From Mobula hypostoma (Eukaryota): a DNA stretch of 64,000 nt. The notes beneath the pieces were generated by a model, which saw only the letters and a program-made list of their open reading frames with translations, was not told where the DNA came from and did not search any database. Shown here in pieces: positions 11,995 to 23,829 of this stretch. The translations under genes were made by a program, and so were the position numbers. The first letter of the stretch is position 1, and each line of letters begins with the position of its first letter. The stretch is taken from assembly GCF_963921235.1 (NCBI RefSeq), contig NC_086100.1:199022001-199086000 (forward strand), read 5' to 3'.

Positions 11995-14655
11995 CATAAG
12001 ACCACAAGATACAGGAGCAGAATTAGGCCATTCTGTGCTCTGCCATTCCATCAGATCTGATCCATTTCCCTCTCAAGCTCAATCTCCTACCTTCTCCTTT
12101 CAAGTCCTAACTAATCAATAACTTATCACCCTCTGCTTTAGATATGCCCAATGATTGTCTGTGACCATGCATTCCACAGATTCACCACCCTTTGGCTAAA
12201 GAAATTCCTCCTCATCTTTGTTCTAAATAAAAGTCCCTCTATTCTGTGACTGTGCCCTCTGGTGATAACCTCTCCCACTACAGGAAACATCCTCTCCACA
12301 TCCACTCTATCAAGGCCTTTCAATCTTTGATAGGTTTCAATGAGGTTTCCTCCCCCCCCCCCACCACCCCATCCTGATGCCTGCACAATGCCCATTTCTA
12401 TTCACAGCTTCTCAGCCCGCACCTGCGTGCAGCAAGACCTCAAACAACATGGCGGCAGAGCATGGCATCTTTCCACGAATGGCTCTCTGCACATCTATTG
12501 TCATCTCTCCACTCTTTTAAATCTAATGTGTATTACTCTAAGAATAATTAATAATGTACTTTAAAATTTATTTACAAGTCTGAAGATCTTCCAACCTCCA
12601 AGATACGATAGTCACAGTCATAGAACAATACCACACTGGAACAAGCCCTTCGGCCCATTTAGATTGTGCTAAACTATTATTCTGCCTAGTACCATCGACC
12701 TGCACTGGGACCAGAGCCCTCCAAACTCTTTCCGTCAATGCACAGTAATGTACCTATACAAATTTGTCTTAACTGTTGAAATTAAACCTGCATTCATCAC
12801 TTTTGCTGGCAGCTTGCCACCCTCTGAGTGAAGAAGGTTCCCTTTCACCCTTAACCCATGACGTCTAGTTCTAGTCACACTCAACGTCAGTGGAAAAAGC
12901 CTGCTTGCATTTACCCTATATATTGCTGTCTGTGGCAATGAACCCATAGATTCACCACTCTCAGGCTAAAGAAATTCCTCCTCATCTGTTCTGAAGGGAC
13001 GTCCCTCTATTCTGAGGCTGTGCCCTCTGGCCCTAGACTCCAGCACTATAGAAAACATCCTCTCCACATCCACTCCATTGAGGCCTTACAACATACAATA
13101 AGTTTCAATGAAATCCCCAAATTCTTCTAAACTCCAGCAAGTACAGACCCGAAGCTGTCAAACACTCCTCAAATGTTAACCCTTTCTTTCCTGAGATCTT
13201 TCTTGTAAACCTTCTCTGGACCCTCTCCAAAGCCAGAACATCCTTTCTACATAAGGGGCACAAAACTATTCATAATCCTCCGAGTGTGGTCTGACCAATG
13301 CTTTATAAAGTCTCAGCATTACATCCTTGCTCTTGTAATCTAGTCCTCTCAAAATTAATTCTAACATTGCATTTGCCTTTCTCGCCGCCAACTCAACCTG
13401 CAAGTTAACCTTTAGGGAATTCGGCCCAAGGACTCCCAAGTCCCTTTGCATCTCTGATTTCTGTATTTTTTCCCTGTTGAGAAAACAGTCTATGATAATA
13501 GTACGGCCAGATTTGGGAACAGCTTCTTTCCAACTGTGATAAGACTGCTGAACAGATCCTGACCCGGATCTGAGCCGTACCCTCCAAATATCCAGACCTG
13601 CATCTCGTTTTTTTTGCACTACCTTAATTTCTATTTTACTATTTTCTATTTATGAATTATAATTTAATTTTTTAATATTTACTATCGATTTGTAATCCAG
13701 GGAGCAGGAAGCGCAGAATCAAATATCGCTATGATGATAGCAACACACATCAAAGTTGCTGGTGAACGCAGCAGGCCAGGCAGCATCTCTAGGAAGAGGT
13801 ACAGTCGACGTTTCAGGCCAAGACCCTTCGTCAGGACACAGAATTCCTGTTGATCGCTATGATGATTGTATGTTTCTAGTATCAATTGTTTGGCGACAAT
13901 AAAGTATAAAGTATGCCCTTATTCTTTCTGCCGAAGTGCATGACCATACACTTCCCTACATTATATTCTACCTGTCATTTTTTTGCCCATTTTAAACCCT
14001 TCTGCAGACTTCCTGCTTCCTCAACACTACCTGCCCTTCCACCTATCTTTGTATTGCCCGTAAACTTGGCCACAAAGCCATCAATTCTGTCATCCGAATC
14101 ATTGGCATAGAATGTAAAAAGAAATGGTCCCTACACCGATCCTTGCAGAACATGATTACGTCATTGGCAACCAACTACAAAAGGCCCCCTTTATTCCCAC
14201 TCTTTGCCTCCTGCCAATCAGCCAATCTTCTATCCATGCTGGTATAGCTTCTGTAACACCACCGGCTCTCATCTTATTAAGCAGTTTCATGAGCGGAACC
14301 TTATCAAAGGACTTCTGAAAACCCAAATAAACAACATCCACCGACTCTCCTTTGTCTAATCCTGCCTGTTATTTCTTCAAAGAAATCCAACAGGTTTGTC
14401 AGGCAAGATTTCCCCTGAAGGAAACTATGCTGACTTTGACCTACTTTATCATGTGCTTCCAAGTACCTTGAAACATCACCCCTAATAATGGACTGTAACA
14501 TCTTCCCAACCACTGAAGTTAGGGTAACTGGCCTATAATTTCCTTTCTTTTACCTCTCTCCCTTTTGCAATTTTCCAATCCTCCAGAACCATTCCAGAAT
14601 CCAGTGATTCTTGAAGGATCTTTACCAATGCCTTCACAATCTCTTCAGCTACCTC
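11995..14655 (-). mobile_element. Nested CR1 LINE ORF2/3' fragments, with Rex1-tail and Penelope inserts at about 13495-13912
   Basis: Peptides GKSCLTNLLDFFEE, DVVYLGFQKSFDKVP, QRDLGVL, LYKALVRPH and RNFFSQRVVNLWN. Confidence 0.85.
13801..13837 (-). ncRNA. Minimal type I hammerhead ribozyme motif (Penelope-derived), catalytic core intact
   Basis: Minus strand reads GTC-CTGACGA-AGG-GTCTTGG-CCT-GAAA-CG-TC-GAC: CUGANGA and GAAA boxes, stem II AGG/CCT, palindromic ACGT in place of stem III, GUC cleavage triplet, stem I GTC/GAC. Confidence 0.75.
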
Positions 14656-17009
14656 TTTCGTGTCAATGCCTCTCCTTTGTGAGCAATTGTGTCATTCTTG
14701 ATGCTGAATACACGGGGAAAGCACCAACTGTCATTCACTGCTTTAGACTGTGACCTCCACCAGACATAGTCAGCTTCACATTCCAAGAAATGCAGCTGCT
14801 GCATCTCCACCGCAACCTTAGAGCTGCATTTCTTCAATGTAGCAAGAAATCAGAATCAGGTTTGATATCTCCAACATATGTTGTGAAACAGTACAACGAT
14901 AAATACAGAAAAAAACTGAATTACAGTAAGGATATATGTGCATATTAAATAGTTATATTAAAGTAAGTTGTGCAAATATAGAAATAAAAAAAATAGTGAG
15001 GTAGTGTTCATGGGTTTAATGTCCACTTAGAAATCAGATGGCAGAGGGGGAGACGCTGTTCCTGAGTGTGGCTTCTGTACCTCCTTCCTGATGGGAAGAG
15101 GGCCTGTCCTGGGTGATACCAAATCAGTTCTAGAAACATAGAAACATCGATTTCCTTACTCCCCTGAACCATTACATGATGCAAGTACTAAGCTCTGAAG
15201 GCAAAGATGACACCTTGTCCATAGGCTGACTATTCTTAACTACAGAGTTAATCAGAAATATCAGAATCAGGTTTACTATCACTGGCATTTAGTGAATTTT
15301 GCTGTTTTGTGGCAGCAGTCCATTGCTCTAATAAAAAACTATAAATTACAATAAGAAATATTTATTTTTTAAGTTAAATAAGCAACGGAAAAAGGGCATT
15401 GAGCGGATTCATTGTCCATTCAGAAATCTGATTGCAGAGGCAGAAGAAGTTATCTCAGAGGACGTGTCCTAGGCCCAGCATGCAAGTGGAATTCAAAGAA
15501 AGCACAGCAGTGCCTCTACTTCCTCAGGAGTTTGCAAAGATTCGGCACGACATCTAAACTTTGACAAACTTCTATAGATGTGTGGTACAGAGTATTATCG
15601 ACTAGTTGTATCACGGCCTGGTATGGAAACACCAACGCCCATGAATGGAAAATTCTACGAAAAGTAGTGAATACAGCCCAGTCCATCACGGGTAAAGCCC
15701 TCTACACTTGGTGCTGTTGCCTGAAAGGACTCACCACCACCAAGAATATGCTCTCTTCTTGCTGCCACCACCAGGTTCAGGAACAGTTATCCCTCAAACA
15801 TCCGGCTCTTGAACCAGAGGAGATAACTTCACTCAACTTTATTCACCCCATCATTGTAATGTTCCCAGAACCTATGAACTCACTTTTAAGTACTCTTCGT
15901 CTTATGTTCTCAATACTTATTATTTATTTAGTATTACGATTTCTTTTTGTACTTGCATAGTTCGCTGTCTTTAGCACACTGGTTGAAGACTTTCTAGGTA
16001 GAACTTTCTAGATAAACTAGATAGAGGTACCTTCAATGAGCCTTTCGATGTTTTAAATAGTCAGACTCAGAGTTCTAGAGCACAGAAACAGACTCTTTGG
16101 CCCAACTGGCCCATGCCAGCCAAGATGCCCCGTACAAGCCAATCCCACGCCTACATTCGACCCATAAACTTCTAAACATCTCTGATCTAAATAACCAGTC
16201 CAAATGTGTTTTAAATATTGTTATTGCTTCTGCCCTAACCACTTCCTCTAACAGATCATTCTACATAGATAACACCCTTTGTGTAAAAAATATTGTATCT
16301 TATGTTTTCTTATATTTTTCTACTCATCTTAAATCTATACCCTCTCGTTCTTGATTCTCCAGCTCTGGGGGTAAAAAAAAGACTGAGTGCATTCACCCTA
16401 TCTGTACCCCTTATGACTTTATATACTTCTATAACATCAGCTGTCAGTCTCCTACACTCGAAGTAATAAAGTCCAAGCCTGTATACCCTCTCTGTCAGGA
16501 CCTGGCAGCATCCTCTCCTGCACAGTTACAAAGAAGGCATGATAACACTACATTTCATTAGGTGCTTGAGTAGAATTGGTATGTCACCAAAGACATTTGC
16601 AAATTTCTACAGATGTACCATGGAGAGCAGTCTGACTGACTGCATCTGTGTCTGGTATGGAGGGGCCACTGTATTGGGCAAAGCTGCTGAAAGTTGCAGG
16701 CTCAGCCAGCTCCACCATGGGCACTGCCCTCCCTTGCACTGAGGACACTTCAAAAGGTGATGCCTCAAAAAGGCGGCATCCATCATCAAAGACCATCACC
16801 CAAGACATACCCTCTTCTCATTGAGGTGGTGGTACAGGAACCTGAAGAGACCCATGCAACATGTCAAAAACAGCTTCTTCCCCTCGATGGACAATGAACC
16901 TACGTACACTACCTCACGAATTTTCCCCCCTTGATTTTTGCACTACCGATCTAATTTATTTATTTTTTTATGTATAAACTTGGTGCAATTTATTTTTTAT
17001 TATTATGTA

Positions 17010-18335
17010 CTGTACACAGCGTTCATTGACCTGACCAAGCCCTTTGATACAGACAGCTGCAATAGCCTCTGGAACATTCTGTCGAAACTCGGCTGTCCCC
17101 TGAAATTCCACATAAACCTGTAGCAGCTCCATGAAGGCTGAAGTGGTCAGGTTAAGTACAACGGCGACCTGTCTGACCCATTCCCCATCAATACCAGCAT
17201 GAAACAAGGTTATGTTTTGGCACCAACACTCTTGCCACCTTTTTCAGCATGACGCTAAGGGAAGTGAAAAAGACCACCTCAGAGAGCACCTATATTCGGT
17301 TTTGCACTGACAGAAATATCTTCAACCTCCATCACCTTCTCGCCCGAACAAAAGCCAAGCAAGAGCCCATTCTTGAGCTACTATTTGCAGATAACTCTGC
17401 CCTTCTCATGCACACAGAGGACATGCTACAGGTTGAAGAAAAAAATTATCCTCTATTAGAAGCTCCCTCATGGCGTTTACAACCCTCCTTGGATCACCAT
17501 TGACGAGCACCCTCTCACCACGGTCGAGCTGTTTATCTACCTGGACAGTGTCATCTCCAACGACGCTACGGTAGTAAGGGACGTTGACAATCGACTCACC
17601 AGAGTTAGCACTGCCTTCGGGCACCTCCAGAAACATGTGTGGAAGAATCACCAGCTGTGTCTGTCCACAAAAATCCAGGTATACAGGGCTGCCATCGTCA
17701 CAACACTGCAATATGGCTCGAAGCCTTGGTCTTGTACCACAAGCAAATTCAGATGCTCGAGCGCTTCCATCAGCACTGCCTCCACTCCATCAGGGGTATC
17801 AGCTGGCAGGATCGTGTCTCCAACAATGAGGTCCTGGAGAAGGCTCAACTTCCAAGCACCGAAGCCACTTTGCTGCTCAAGCAGCTTTGCTGGCCGGGAC
17901 ATGCGTCTCGCATGGACAACTCCAGGTTACCGAAAGCAGCAGTGTAGAGAGAAATCACTCTGGGCAAGAGAGAACATGGTCCAACATGCAAGAGGTACAA
18001 AGACCAGCTTGAGCAGCAGCTCTCTCAGGCAAATATCGAGGTCAACGAGTAGCAGCAGCCGGCTTGTGACAGAGACCGCTGGAGAACATTGGTCCACGGA
18101 GCAGCCAAGAGTTCTGAGGAATCCAGGAGGACGACTGCGGAAGAGAAGAGGAGATGCAGGAAGGATCTGACTATCCAAGTGCCCACCTCCCACCTGTTCC
18201 CTTGTCCCTCCTGCTCCAGAGTCTGCAGAGTGACTGGCCTCTGCAGTCACCAAAAATTGTGCCATTGCTCCTAAGGGCTCTTCTTCCCTCTTGATCTTTG
18301 CAAGCAAAAAACCAGCCCTCATCATCATTACGTAT
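17010..18335 (+). mobile_element. RTE-clade LINE, 5'-truncated and frameshifted
   Basis: AFIDLTKPFDT, LLFADNSAL, KIQVYRAAIVTTLQYG, RFHQHCLHSIRGISWQDRVSNNEVL, C-terminal zinc-finger-like CPSC...SH, and (cat)n tail. Confidence 0.85.
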
Positions 18336-18412
18336 TACAAGCAAAAAACCAGCCCTCATCATCGTTACGTATTACAAGCAAAAAACCAGCCATCATTATC
18401 ATTACGTATTGC
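18300..18412 (+). repeat. About 3 tandem copies of a 37-bp unit derived from the RTE 3' end
   Basis: caagcaaaaaaccagccctcatcatc(a/g)ttacgtatta repeated three times. Confidence 0.9.
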
Positions 18413-19319
18413 AAGGTATTGCTGCCAAAAAACAAATTCGACAACATATGCCAGTGATATTAAACCTGATTCTGATCGTGTTGGACAGCAGCAATGTCTG
18501 ATTTTGCTGGCTCTCCCACTATCTTAACTGAATGCAAAACCAAGCATTTACGAAAATGATCAAGCAACCCTTGGCTGTTGAAAGCGCCCACACTGCCCAG
18601 TAATGTTCTTGTCCACCACAGGACTTCTTACAGCCCTCCTCTTTGATGCGTACCTTCTCTGGAATGACAGCAGGGAACAGCAGCACTGACAATACATTTT
18701 GATCCCTGATTCATATGTTCAACATCTTCTTATCTCCTCTATCTTCCAATGTCTGCCTCTCCATTTCAGGCTTGTGTCATCCTCATTGTCACTTCTCTGG
18801 TTTACACAATGACAGTGATGGTTGACTCCATCCCCAAATGCCAAGGCAAGAGTGGACATCCTCTTCTTTTCACTACATTCCTTCCTTTTCACTACATCAC
18901 CACTGCTGGCAGAATTTCAGTCGGTAACGAGGAGACGTACAGGAATGAGACAAACAGGTTGAGTGGTATCACAACAGCAACCTTACACTCAACATCAGTA
19001 AGACCAAGGAAATGATTGTGGACTTCAGGAAGGGGAAGTGAGGGAAACAAACACCAGTCCTCATCGAGGGATCAGCAGTGGAAAGGGTGAGCAGTTTCAA
19101 GTTCCTGGGCATCAATGTCTCTGAGCATCTATTGATGCAATCACGAAGACAGCATGCCAGCAGATATGCTTCATTCGGAGTTTGAGGAGACTTGGTCAAA
19201 ACCCTCACAACCATTGCGGACATCTTCAAAAGGTGATGCCTGAAGAAGACAGCAGCCATCATAAACACACTGAGCATCTCAAACATGCCCCTTCTCATTG
19301 CTACCATCAGGAAGCAGCA

Positions 19320-19950
19320 ACGTGGAACACAGAAGAGTACAGCACAGGAACAGGCCATTCGGCCCAGTGTTCCTGCCAAACCAGCTAAAAGCAAATCAAA
19401 AACACTTAACATGAATCCCTCCCATCTTCTCCATGTCCCTATCCCTCCACCTTCCTTACATTTGTAAAGGACTCTTAAAAGCCTCGAATGTATTTGCCTC
19501 AACCACCATACCAGACAGCACATTCCAGGCATCCACCACTCTCTGAGTATGCAGTAAAACTTACCCCTCACATCCCCCTTGAACCTACCCCCTCCCACCT
19601 TCAACGCCTACCCTCTGGTATGAGACATTTCAACCCTGGGAAACATACGCTCTCTGTCCACTCTATCTATGCCTCTCATAATCTTATAAACCCCTAACAG
19701 ATTTCCCCTCAGCCTCCGACGCTTCAAAGAAAACAGCCCGAGTTTATCCAGCCTCTCGTGATAGCTAGGCAGCATCCTGGTAAACCTCTCTGCACCCTCA
19801 ACATCCTTGCTATGGTACGGCGACCGGAACCGTATACAATAATCCAGATGTGGCCCAACTAGAGTTTTATAAAGTTGCAACATAACCTCTTGACTTTTGA
19901 ACTCAATGCCTCGACTAATAAAAGCAAGTATTCCACAAGTGTTCTTAACC
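19320..19950 (-). mobile_element. CR1 LINE 3' fragment inserted in a Rex1 fragment
   Basis: LAFISRGIEFKS...LYKTLVGPHLDYC...LGLFSL and GRFKGDVRGKF. Confidence 0.8.
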
Positions 19951-22900
19951 AGGAGGTGTGCAGGGGCCCAAAGACACATACTCAACATTTTAGGAACAGC
20001 TTCTTCCCCTCAGCCATCAGATTTCTGACCGGTCCATGAACGCTACCACACTAATTTGCTCCCCTTTTGCGGTATTTTTTTATATTTACATTTCTTATTG
20101 TGACTCATAGTACATTTTATATTGCTGCCACAAAACAACAAATTTCATCACGTACGTCAGAGAGAACAAACCTGATGCTGAGTCATCTCCAGCGAACAGT
20201 TTTGTGGTTCCTCACGCTGAGCACTCAAACCTCATTCTTTAAATTAGAGTGGGGTGGTTAATTTTCATAACATATGGGAGCTGATGCGGACAGGAGCAGA
20301 AACTGATGCTCAGAATGGTGTCAGGCAAACAGAAGGAGTATGCATTCCAGGAACAGGTGCAGAGCAAGATGCAAAATACATTCCCTAGATTAATGAAACA
20401 GAACCTTAATCAACAAATGAAGAAAAGCCCTATGTCGTCGTGAAGAATGTTTGGTATGCAAATGAAAAAGAACTCTTTCCAGTGGAAGAAGGGGCAGATA
20501 TAGAAGATAAATGTCTGCTGGTTGCCAGAAGAATAGAAGGGAACACAAGGAAATATAGTTATACACCAATTGTCAGATATTTCATTCTGGACCAGCACTA
20601 TTATGTCACAGACTGATCCACCACTGAAACAAGCCCTTTGATCCAACTTGTCCATGCTAACCCTGTTGTCCAGCAAACTAATCCAATATTTGGCCCATAG
20701 CCCTCTCAACCTCTCCTAACTCATACTTACAGTACCTAGATGGCTTTTAAATGTTGCTGATGTACCCACCTATTTCACTATTTCTGGCAGCACATTCTAA
20801 AAATGCACCACCCTTTGTGTGAACAACATGTCTGATATCCTTTTACTACTATCAGGGAGAAGGTACAGGAGCCTGAAGACCCACACTCAACATTTCGGGA
20901 TCAGTTTCTTTCCCTTCACCATCAGATTTCTGAACGGTCCACAAACCCATTAACACTCTCTCTGATGCACACATTCAGATACATAAATACATACCAAGCT
21001 CAAGTTAGTAATTCAACCATACATGAATACCCATAAATACAACCAAATGAGACAGCATTACTCCGGGTTAACTAGCAAAACACATTACCAACAGTCATTT
21101 ACAGCACAAGGTACACATAGCACATACAAGACCACAGTAAATATACAGTGACACAAAGAAAAAATATAATCCAAGTCCCTGAGTCCATGAATGTTGCAGC
21201 AGTCCGCACTCAAACTCAATACAGCCGAGTGAACACTAGAGGGCAGCACCAACTCCAGCACGGACGCTGCACCACACCACCTCTGGTGTCTCTCTCCTGG
21301 ATGGCTGCAAACAGGCGACACCATGGTTTGAGGCCACACAGCTCCACACTGTCCGCCGATAAAACAGCGAATCACACTTGCAGCATTCCACATTACCAAT
21401 GTCCACAAGAAAAGTGACTAAGAAATAAAAATACATACACACTCATACTGCACACATATATACTGTAAAATTTATAGCACTTTTCTTTTTTATGTAATGT
21501 ACTCTACTGCCGCTGCAAAACAACAAACATCAGTGATGATAAACGTGATCTGATTCCGAATCTCCTGCCCTCTTAGCCCCAGCCTGGGAAAAAGACAGTC
21601 TTTTCACCCTGTCTCTGCCCCTCATAATCTTATATGCCTCTAACAGCTCACCCCCTCCCCCCAATATCCTACGTTAAATGGAACGAAGTCCTAATCTAAG
21701 CAAGCTTTCCTTGTAATTCAGGGCCCCAGAAGGAAAACTGGCCACGTAAGACACTCATGGCACTTGAAGTATCCTCTGCTTAAAAAAACAGCACTGAAAG
21801 CAGCCTGTGTTTAACGTAGCATCTCCTGCTAATTCTAAACTGCTGGGCTTTGGTAAAAAGTTACAAAAGCAATAAATCTAAGAGTCTAGTCTCCAAAGTC
21901 TGGAGCACCCAAACCCGTCTTTAACTTGATTTATTTGGAGAAATCAAATCTCTTTCAGAAACCAACAAAATTGCATGTTAGTATTGTGTCTGGCCAACTT
22001 TTCCATTTAAGTAGCACAAGTTACCCTCTCAAACTGCCCACATCAGGAGAGACAATGACACAGCACCTCAGCACCTCTCCCAGTGCTGGCGCAAACCATT
22101 TTAAACAAGAAAGCAATTGATAGATTGAGACAGGAAACAGCTGACAAAATGTTCCTTTACCTGTATTTCCTGGCACTTTAGAAAGCAATTTCATCCAGCA
22201 CAATAATCCGCTGAGTTCAGGCAGGCTCTCTGCTAAGTTTTAATCATTATTTATCATGTTAGGTGAACAGAACACTTGTTAGAAAAGGATCCGATTCTGA
22301 GATCCAATTTTAGTTGGTCCCACGACCACAATCTGTTGAACACAATCTTCAAATTGTTAACAAATATGTTACTATCATTAACAAATTCTGGTTTGAGGAT
22401 GTATGAAAATCTCCTGTACATCTATTATATTGTCTCAGAAATGCAGTGAAGCTGAAAACTGATCACTTGTTGGAATCAAGTTAATGGAACAAAATAAAGC
22501 AGAAATGAAACCAAAAGTTAAAATATTTCTTGGCAAACTTACAGGCCACAACAAACCAGGGTTGCAATTAACTGCCAACGATCAGAAGGTCAATGTCTCT
22601 CACTAAACCTGTACCATAAGATTACCCCAATACCTACACTCACCTCTTCACCCACAATCTCCAAATGAATTCAATCACAGAGATCCTTGTAGTCACCCTT
22701 AAACCAGCCATTTCATTCCCTTTCTGATAAAGATGCTGGAAAAGGGCCAGTAACATCATGAAGGATCCCACCCACCCTGCTCTTGGACTGTCTGCCCCCC
22801 TCCCATTAGGGAGGAGGCTACGTAGCATCCACGTCAGGACTGTCAAGACTCAAAAACGTTACTTTCCTCAAGCAGCAAGTCTGATCAACACCTCCACCCA

Positions 22901-23732
22901 CTAACCCCCAACCACCACTACTTTATCACTTCCTGACAGTCAACTTATGAACAGGAGTCTGTGTCTGGCATCACTTTATGGAAATATAATCAATGTATGT
23001 GAGTTGTATGTATGTACTTTTATTATTGTGTTGTTTATCTTATGGTGTTTTTTTGTACTGCCAGGAATCTGCAGTTACAATTTTTTTTTTCCTTCCACTT
23101 GTAAAGTCCTGGAAATGACGTTAAACAATGTTGATTAGTCAGACATAAGCCAAGCTATATGAACACTTGCTAACGCTCTTTCATCAGCTCAGACATTCAG
23201 TCTCTGATAAAGTTTCACTGACGTTGTCATTAATGACATCAACAGTGGAATGAAACAGCATTTTTTCTCCCAATTTAAGGCCTGGTTCCCTGTGACGGCC
23301 CACCCAATCTCTCCAAAAAAGTCCCTCACTCTTTCCACCCCATGAGAATAGTATCCTCTCTCTGGTTTAATTAGATTATTGCAGCTGACATTTTATCAAA
23401 ACTATTTACACTTTCTCCAAGGAACATTTTAGGGTTGTCTAAGATTTCTACTGGCATGTCAATGTCTTTGTTCAATATGCAATGAGTTTCCTGGTTCACT
23501 CTTAAGGTGAGTGGCCACCTGTCCTGCCATATTGAACTGCCCCTTCCACTCTTCAAACAGTGGCAACATCTTCCTCAAATCTTGCACAATTCTACAGCTA
23601 GAGACTTTGATTTTTAAGAGTCAGAGAGTTATACAGCAATGAAACAGGCCCTTCAGCCCATCATCTCCATCACAACAGAGCTGCCTTACTGAGCAAGTCC
23701 CTTGCCTGAGTTTGTCCCATATCCCTCTAAAC

Positions 23733-23829
23733 CAGGGGTTCCCGACTCTTTTATATACATATACACACACACACCATGGACCAATACCATTAACCAGGGG
23801 GTCTGTGGACCCCAAGTTGGGGACCCCTG
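23733..23829. mobile_element. Short hAT-like MITE
   Basis: TIRs caggggttccc / ggggacccctg, with an imperfect 8-bp TSD ctctaaac/gcttaaac. Confidence 0.65.

Noticed and set aside
18300..18412. 37-bp direct repeats resembling a CRISPR array
   Set aside because: There are no unique spacers, the context is eukaryotic, and the unit is an RTE tail.
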